DNA of 64,000 nucleotides from Promethearchaeota archaeon. Lineage in GTDB: Archaea > Asgardarchaeota > Lokiarchaeia > Sigyniarchaeales > SOKP01. Position numbers and translations under genes: made by a program. The notes beneath the pieces were generated by a model, which had not been told where the DNA came from, ran no database searches, and worked only from the letters and a program-made list of their open reading frames with translations. This document shows, one piece after another, positions 58,505 through 64,000 of this stretch (the stretch's first letter is position 1; every line of letters begins with the position of its first letter). The stretch is from positions 32,001 to 96,000 of the forward strand of contig RDOA01000007.1 of the NCBI GenBank assembly GCA_011364925.1. Direction: 5' to 3'.

Positions 58505-59677
58505 TTGGAAATAAAAACGGAACAAGATTGGAAGGATATCGTTCATAGATGTTTTAGATGCGGCTACTGCAAATTTACGCATGAGTTTTCTGATTACAAT
58601 TGTCCAAGTTACAAGAAACATTTATTTGAGACTTATTCTACAGGTGGTAGGTTATGGCTAATTTATGGAATCATTAGCGGAGAAATTCCATGGAGTCAAG
58701 GCGTAGCAAATGTGATTTACGCGTGTTCCACATGTGGAAACTGCACTGAAAACTGTAGGTTTGAAAAATTTAACGATTTTTTGGTCGACATTATTGAAGC
58801 TGCTCGAGCTGAAGCCGTTGCAAACGGATTTTGCCCTGAAAAGCAAAAAGCTTTAATTGAACGAATTGAGAACCAAACAATGTTTAATCCCTATGGCGAG
58901 TTAAACTCAGATAACGACGATTTAAAGAAGGAATATAATCTACCTGACGAAGCAGAATGGGTTTATTTTATTGGTTGCACATCCAATTACCGTCAAAAGA
59001 ATCTAAGGGACGCTACTTTAAGGTTTTTGAAGAAAACTAATATTGATTTTACTTTAATTGATGAGCATTGTTGTTGCAGTCCCGTTATGAGAACGGGCCA
59101 AATAAATTCCGTTAAGGATTTCATCAATTACAATATTAATCAAATTAATAAAACAGGAGCGAAAAAAATCATCACTTCATGTGCTGGGTGTTATCGTACG
59201 CTAAAAAAAGATTGGTTAAAATACGGTTTTGATTACGGTTTTCAAGTATTTCATACTGTAGAATTAGTTAAAAAACTATTAGACGACGGGAAAATAAAAT
59301 TTAATTCGGAATACAATAAAACAGTTACGTATCACGATCCCTGCCACCTTGGAAGGCACATGAATCTTTACGAGATTCCAAGAGAGGTATATAAGAGTAT
59401 TCCCGGCATCGATTTTAAAGAAATGAAACGGAACCGAGAAAACGCATGGTGTTGCGGTGCGGGAGGTGGCGTAAAAATTGGATATCCTGAATGGTCTCTA
59501 GAAATTTCAAAGGAGCGCCTGGACGAGGCGAAATTAACGGGGGCTTCTGTAATATCCTCCGTGTGTCCATTTTGTAGAACAAATTTGACCGATGCTAACA
59601 ACAAGTACAATATGGGTTTTGAAGTTATTGATTTAGTAGAGATTTTGGATGAGTTAGAATTAGAAATTTCTGACTAA
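58505..59677 (+). CDS. Fe-S oxidoreductase (GlpC/HdrD-like, CCG domains)
   Basis: CFRCGYC, CSTCGNC, YHDPCHLGR, CCGAGGG, CPFC. Confidence 0.92.
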   Translation: MEIKTEQDWKDIVHRCFRCGYCKFTHEFSDYNCPSYKKHLFETYSTGGRLWLIYGIISGEIPWSQGVANVIYACSTCGNCTENCRFEKFNDFLVDIIEAARAEAVANGFCPEKQKALIERIENQTMFNPYGELNSDNDDLKKEYNLPDEAEWVYFIGCTSNYRQKNLRDATLRFLKKTNIDFTLIDEHCCCSPVMRTGQINSVKDFINYNINQINKTGAKKIITSCAGCYRTLKKDWLKYGFDYGFQVFHTVELVKKLLDDGKIKFNSEYNKTVTYHDPCHLGRHMNLYEIPREVYKSIPGIDFKEMKRNRENAWCCGAGGGVKIGYPEWSLEISKERLDEAKLTGASVISSVCPFCRTNLTDANNKYNMGFEVIDLVEILDELELEISD

Positions 59678-59713
59678 TGACTTACTTTCGTTATTATAAC
59701 AGGTGTTATTGAA

Positions 59714-60580
59714 TTGAGATTAGGAGCTCATATGAGTGTTTCAGAAGGCAAGCACATGGCTTTCTACTTAGGGAGAGACTTGAAATGCGAATCCATACAA
59801 GTTTTTATAAGAAATGTGCGCTCTTGGGCTACAAAACCTTTGGAGCAAAAGGATATCGACAAGTTTCTTGAGACTAAAGAGGAATTTAAAGAAGAAATAT
59901 GGCCGGTAATAAGTCACAATAGTTACTTAATTAATTTAGCGAGTCTAGATCCCGAAAAACTTAAGAAATCGTACGACGCTATGTTAGATGAGTTGAAAAA
60001 AGCTACTCAATTGGAAATTGAATATGAAAATATGCACCCTGGCGTTATTCCTATTAGCGACAAAGAAAAAATCACTAAAGATGAAGCTTTTACGCAAATC
60101 GCTACTCAACTCAATAAATTAATGGATGAGACTAAAGGATCTAAAGTAAGGATTTTATTAGAAACTACTGCGGGTCAAGGAAAAGGTTTAGGGAATAAGT
60201 TTCACCATTTAAAGACTTTAATCAATAAAATCAACGATAAAAACAGGATCGGGGTATGTTTTGATACAGCACATTCTTTTGCTGCGGGATACGACTTTAC
60301 CACTAAAAAGAAGTATGAGGATATGTGGAATGATTTTGATGATGTCATTGGATTGAAGTACCTATTTGCATTCCATCTAAACGATACTGAAAAGGAATTA
60401 GGATCGAGAGTTGATCGTCATACTCACATAGGTCAAGGAAAAGTTAGCAAGGAAGCTTTTGGATTCTTGGTTAATGATGAAAGATTTAAAGATCTTCCAG
60501 GAATTCTAGAGACTCCAAAAGAGAAAGATTTGAAAGAAGATGTTATGAATCTAAAAATGCTTCGATCGTTGATAAAATGA
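59714..60580 (+). CDS. nfo: Endonuclease IV (AP endonuclease)
   Basis: GAHMS, HNSYLINL, HPG, ETTAGQG, CFDTAH, HLND, DRH, ILETP. Confidence 0.96.
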   Translation: MRLGAHMSVSEGKHMAFYLGRDLKCESIQVFIRNVRSWATKPLEQKDIDKFLETKEEFKEEIWPVISHNSYLINLASLDPEKLKKSYDAMLDELKKATQLEIEYENMHPGVIPISDKEKITKDEAFTQIATQLNKLMDETKGSKVRILLETTAGQGKGLGNKFHHLKTLINKINDKNRIGVCFDTAHSFAAGYDFTTKKKYEDMWNDFDDVIGLKYLFAFHLNDTEKELGSRVDRHTHIGQGKVSKEAFGFLVNDERFKDLPGILETPKEKDLKEDVMNLKMLRSLIK

Positions 60581-60589
60581 CATATAATA

Positions 60590-60988
60590 TTAATCATGAA
60601 CCTTGAACCACAGTGGGCTAGTATCATCTACTAGACCGTTGTAATTAACTGTCAATTCCTCTCCCTTTTTTATGTCTCGAACTGCAGAAAACTCAATGGC
60701 TTCATTGTCGTAATCATACAGATATTTCAAATTAGGAGTGTACGAATGGTTTATAAATTGACTAACGCTAAGAGTGATTGCATTTTTGAAAGCGGGCATA
60801 TGTTTTGGATCTTCCCAAATGTAACAATAATTGTACAAATGTGTTTTTTTAATTTTTTTATAATCTTCATTGGGTATTAAGATTATGTACGCAATATCTA
60901 CTAAAGTTCCTTTAGTAATGGGTTTTTTAGCAAAAGCGCCTCTCCCCTTTTCCTTAGAAATGAATTTAACTTGAATATACTCGTGCAA
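60590..60988 (-). CDS. SET domain protein-lysine methyltransferase
   Basis: KGRGAFA, FINHSYTPN, DIKKGEELTVNY. Confidence 0.92.
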   Translation of the reverse strand: MHEYIQVKFISKEKGRGAFAKKPITKGTLVDIAYIILIPNEDYKKIKKTHLYNYCYIWEDPKHMPAFKNAITLSVSQFINHSYTPNLKYLYDYDNEAIEFSAVRDIKKGEELTVNYNGLVDDTSPLWFKVHD

Positions 60989-61016
60989 TTAAATCCCTCT
61001 AAAATAATATATCTTA

Positions 61017-61613
61017 TCATTCAATTGATGCGTGTCGCTTATCAATATCCTCTTCACTTATGTTTAATAGAAGCATGAGGGAAGAACCTATAGAATCTAA
61101 GGTAGATAGCGTAGAAATATCGAATAAAGAAGTGAAGGGGGCTAATGATTCTTGTAAAATCGCTTTTTCTTTGCTTTTCCCCTCAATTATTATTACTAAA
61201 TTAGCTATCTTTGCAATAGAACTCTTAGGATTCCCTGTAAATAAAGCGATTTTCCCTCCAATATTTTTTGCCTCTTCAGCTATAGCTTTAGGTGATGTTG
61301 TTTCACCGCTTCCACTTATTAGAACCAATAGATCGTCTTTGCTATATCGATATGTAACAGCATCAGAAACATAACAAGAATTAATACCCAGATGCATTAA
61401 CCTCTGAGCGAAACATCTCCCTATAAATCCAGATCTACCAGCTCCATACACAAAAACTATTCTATTTTTAGAATTAATTGTAACAATCATATCAATTAAT
61501 TTTAGGATTTGAGATGTGTCAATTGATTCAAAATTTTTTTTAATTATTTCTGATATTTCCATCATTGTATTTTGAAATCTTTCTTTTATATCGTTTGAAT
61601 TGACGCCATCCAT
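61017..61613 (-). CDS. hxlB: 6-phospho-3-hexuloisomerase (SIS domain)
   Basis: GAGRSG, FAQRLMHLG, ISGSGET, C-terminal RHASIE. Confidence 0.85.
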   Translation of the reverse strand: MDGVNSNDIKERFQNTMMEISEIIKKNFESIDTSQILKLIDMIVTINSKNRIVFVYGAGRSGFIGRCFAQRLMHLGINSCYVSDAVTYRYSKDDLLVLISGSGETTSPKAIAEEAKNIGGKIALFTGNPKSSIAKIANLVIIIEGKSKEKAILQESLAPFTSLFDISTLSTLDSIGSSLMLLLNISEEDIDKRHASIE

Positions 61614-61615
61614 TG

Positions 61616-62872
61616 TTATTTTTCCTCCTTTGAGAAATCAGGATGCACACAACTTCTCCATTGATCGACAGTCTCTTTAGGACCTAATCCTATCAAAAGA
61701 TCTCCTACTTCAAAAAGGAAATCAGACTTGAAACTATAAATCCATTTATCTTCGCGTTTGAGAGCTATAATGTGAAAGCCTCGCTTATATTTTTGATTTT
61801 GTAATTGCTTATAGGTTTTATCTTTGAAATAAGAATCACTCGAAATAGTTTCTCGTACAACAATTTCGGGTGTTTCTTCAATAGCTTTCTGTAGTATGAT
61901 ATGTGGTTCAAATCCTTCTATAATATTTTCAGCTATGTGAGCTGCGGCGTCAGCAATCCCTTCACAAGAAAACACGATTCTCATAATTCCAGTTAATGAT
62001 CGTGGCGAATCTACTAAATGAGCAAATTCTAATAGATCCTTTTCGAAATTAATGTTGAGTCCATCTAAAATATCTTCCATTTCGAGGACATCTTCGGCGA
62101 CTTCGTAGCTATTAAAGAATAGTGCTGCTAACGCCAATTCTACCATTGTTTCTGAGATATCAGTAATTAATACGTAATCTTTTTTAAGCACTTGGATATA
62201 ATCAAGGATTTCGGGATTTGCTAGATCAAAATCCGCTTCTTCTTCCACATTATCAATATTGAAAGAAAATTTTTCGTTATCGTAAGCTAACGCTTTCAAT
62301 TGTTTGATTGATTCAATCTCGCCTTTGATTATTAAAATATCGTGAACTTGGATTACATTATCTTTTTCGAATAACCACTCGTCCTGTCTTTTAATTGCTA
62401 TTAGATCCACTCCATATTTTGATCTAAAATGAACATCCCTACGATTCATCCCTATAAAATCACAATTCTCATTGACAGTTATTTTTACAATGGGTTCGGG
62501 AACTTCGTCCCAAAATAATTGCGTGAATTCAGATATGTCACTATTGATATATACAACTCGAGCGATATCTGCAAGAGCATCCGAAATTTTGTCAATAGAA
62601 TAACCCATTACCACTATGGGTTCTAAAGCTTTCGCTTCTTTAAAGCCACCAGCTTGAGTTTGAATTATCTGCAAATTCAAAAGAAATACTAATTCATGGA
62701 TTCTTTTTTCAATTTTAGAAGTTTCGTCTGCAATTTCTCTAATACTAAACTTTATTGCGCTATAAGCGAGATCTATCATTAAATCTATTTTCTTTTTCAT
62801 TTCTTTTAAGATATCTTTCAATGAGATTGGTTGATACTTAAACTTCTTCCTTTTTTCTTGTTTTTTAATTAT
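61616..62872 (-). CDS. Tandem (PhoU + TrkA-C/RCK_C) x2 regulatory protein; start probably upstream of the TTG at 62821 (ATA 62872 or ATT 62869)
   Basis: LMIDLAYSA / MVELALAA PhoU helices; IAIKR / IALKR TrkA-C strands; upstream in-frame KYQPIS. Confidence 0.85.
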   Translation of the reverse strand: MIKKQEKRKKFKYQPISLKDILKEMKKKIDLMIDLAYSAIKFSIREIADETSKIEKRIHELVFLLNLQIIQTQAGGFKEAKALEPIVVMGYSIDKISDALADIARVVYINSDISEFTQLFWDEVPEPIVKITVNENCDFIGMNRRDVHFRSKYGVDLIAIKRQDEWLFEKDNVIQVHDILIIKGEIESIKQLKALAYDNEKFSFNIDNVEEEADFDLANPEILDYIQVLKKDYVLITDISETMVELALAALFFNSYEVAEDVLEMEDILDGLNINFEKDLLEFAHLVDSPRSLTGIMRIVFSCEGIADAAAHIAENIIEGFEPHIILQKAIEETPEIVVRETISSDSYFKDKTYKQLQNQKYKRGFHIIALKREDKWIYSFKSDFLFEVGDLLIGLGPKETVDQWRSCVHPDFSKEEK

Positions 62873-62886
62873 TTTCTCACTCTCGT

Positions 62887-63441
62887 TTATAATATAAATA
62901 TGTGGATGAATATTATTATTAATAAAGGTGTTAAAAAGTCTGATAAAGAGGTTATAATAGGAATTAAATAATTATTGGGATCTTTTCCATTTCTAAATAA
63001 TAATATGGAACCGATAAATAAAAATACAAACATAACTCCAAACAGAATTAAAACTGTAACATTTAAAATTGATATAATCAAAAGGGGATTAACTATTTCT
63101 ATTCCAGTAACAATTCCTATTATATATCCTATGCTGATTAATGCTGCAAGACTTAATAAAATTGTTATCAATAGTCCATAAAAATCTTGTTTCAATCGAT
63201 TGGATGTCTTAATTTTTGGAGATAAAGTCCCTAAGTACAAGTGGGAAGTAAGTCGAGATACTAGCACCGTTGAGATGTTACCCGTTAGTGAATTTAAAGA
63301 GGGTAATACCAATAAAATTATCGGAAAACTTGCTAATATCTGCTCATTACTAGATAACAAGGTACCTGAAAAGAGTCCCATTACTGAACTAATTAAAACG
63401 ACGATAATTGACTCTTTAAAGATTTTTTTAAAGTAATCCAT
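62887..63441 (-). CDS. MgtE-type divalent cation transporter membrane domain
   Basis: PSLNSLTGN, GKDPNN, PIITSLSD; likely start MDYFKK. Confidence 0.88.
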   Translation of the reverse strand: MDYFKKIFKESIIVVLISSVMGLFSGTLLSSNEQILASFPIILLVLPSLNSLTGNISTVLVSRLTSHLYLGTLSPKIKTSNRLKQDFYGLLITILLSLAALISIGYIIGIVTGIEIVNPLLIISILNVTVLILFGVMFVFLFIGSILLFRNGKDPNNYLIPIITSLSDFLTPLLIIIFIHIFIL

Positions 63442-63443
63442 TA

Positions 63444-63998
63444 TTATGGAACCCCCAGCATGATTATTGTTAAGTAGAAACAAATGATTGTAAAAAAATC
63501 GTCAATTGCCGTCATCATGGGATTAACTACATTATTTGGATCTAAACCGCGTTTAAATGCGATAAAATTTAAAAGAGTTGAGCACGGGATTGAAATCGAT
63601 AAAGTGAAAACGATTGAAACAACCGGAATTGCAATTAATAACCCGATATTGAAAATATAAAGTTTAACTAGTAAAAAGTTCATTAAAATGCTGAATATAC
63701 CGATGGCAAACGCAGTTAAAAGCGATAACAAGAAGGTAGCCATGACATTTTCAAACCATGATTTAACATTAAATTCTCCAATGATAAAGTCTCGTGAGGT
63801 TCGAGCTATAAAAGGGCCACTCAAATTTCCTCTAAGCGACAACAGGGCAGGAATAATTAGAATTAGTAAAATAAAACTCTTAAAGGAGATGATTAAAAGA
63901 GATAGCACAATCCCAGCAAGGATATCACCCACAATGGAAACCATTTCAGACGGAAAGTTTTCTTTAATGATTTTACCTTTAGAATCTTGTGCTTCCAT
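63444..63998 (-). CDS. MgtE-type divalent cation transporter membrane domain (start at window edge uncertain)
   Basis: PALLSLRGN, GLDPNNVVNP, TAIDD. Confidence 0.88.
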   Translation of the reverse strand: MEAQDSKGKIIKENFPSEMVSIVGDILAGIVLSLLIISFKSFILLILIIPALLSLRGNLSGPFIARTSRDFIIGEFNVKSWFENVMATFLLSLLTAFAIGIFSILMNFLLVKLYIFNIGLLIAIPVVSIVFTLSISIPCSTLLNFIAFKRGLDPNNVVNPMMTAIDDFFTIICFYLTIIMLGVP

Positions 63999-64000
63999 GT

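Noticed and set aside
1-64000. Selenocysteine/pyrrolysine readthrough, tRNA, rRNA, CRISPR arrays, IS elements
   Set aside because: TGA/TAG-ending genes look full length for their families; no cloverleaf, regularly spaced repeat array or transposase motif was seen by eye.

Overview
64-kb, AT-rich, gene-dense archaeal chromosomal segment, most likely from a Lokiarchaeia/Promethearchaeota (Asgard) genome. That assignment is an inference from a Rab-like GTPase, longin-like domains, a Loki-CTERM-type sorting tail and TFB paralogs. There are about 50 CDS, mostly metabolic or transport genes (Ogg, Nfo, Kbl/Tdh, AOR, HxlB, MFS/ABC/AEC transporters, Fe-S proteins). I found no rRNA, tRNA, CRISPR array or transposase. 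Highlights: (1) a >=1189-aa receptor-like protein missing from the ORF track (CUB-like ectodomain, TM helix, longin-like and wHTH tail); (2) a longin/uDENN-Rab fusion whose longin domain carries a DSxxRG motif resembling the folliculin/SMCR8 GAP arginine finger; (3) a wHTH regulator with paired palindromic operators and an A15 tract, followed by two stand-alone 7TM proteins; (4) three or four genes whose conserved N-termini can only be reached from an ATT/ATA codon placed behind a normal Shine-Dalgarno motif; (5) a duplicated HDAC-[surface protein]-ABC locus with a chimeric junction pseudogene and two different beta-propeller surface proteins; (6) two tandem P-type ATPases with a rewired membrane site (PIN[I/L]P in M4, His at the SERCA D800 position). 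All family assignments come from motif recognition by eye; no database searches were run.
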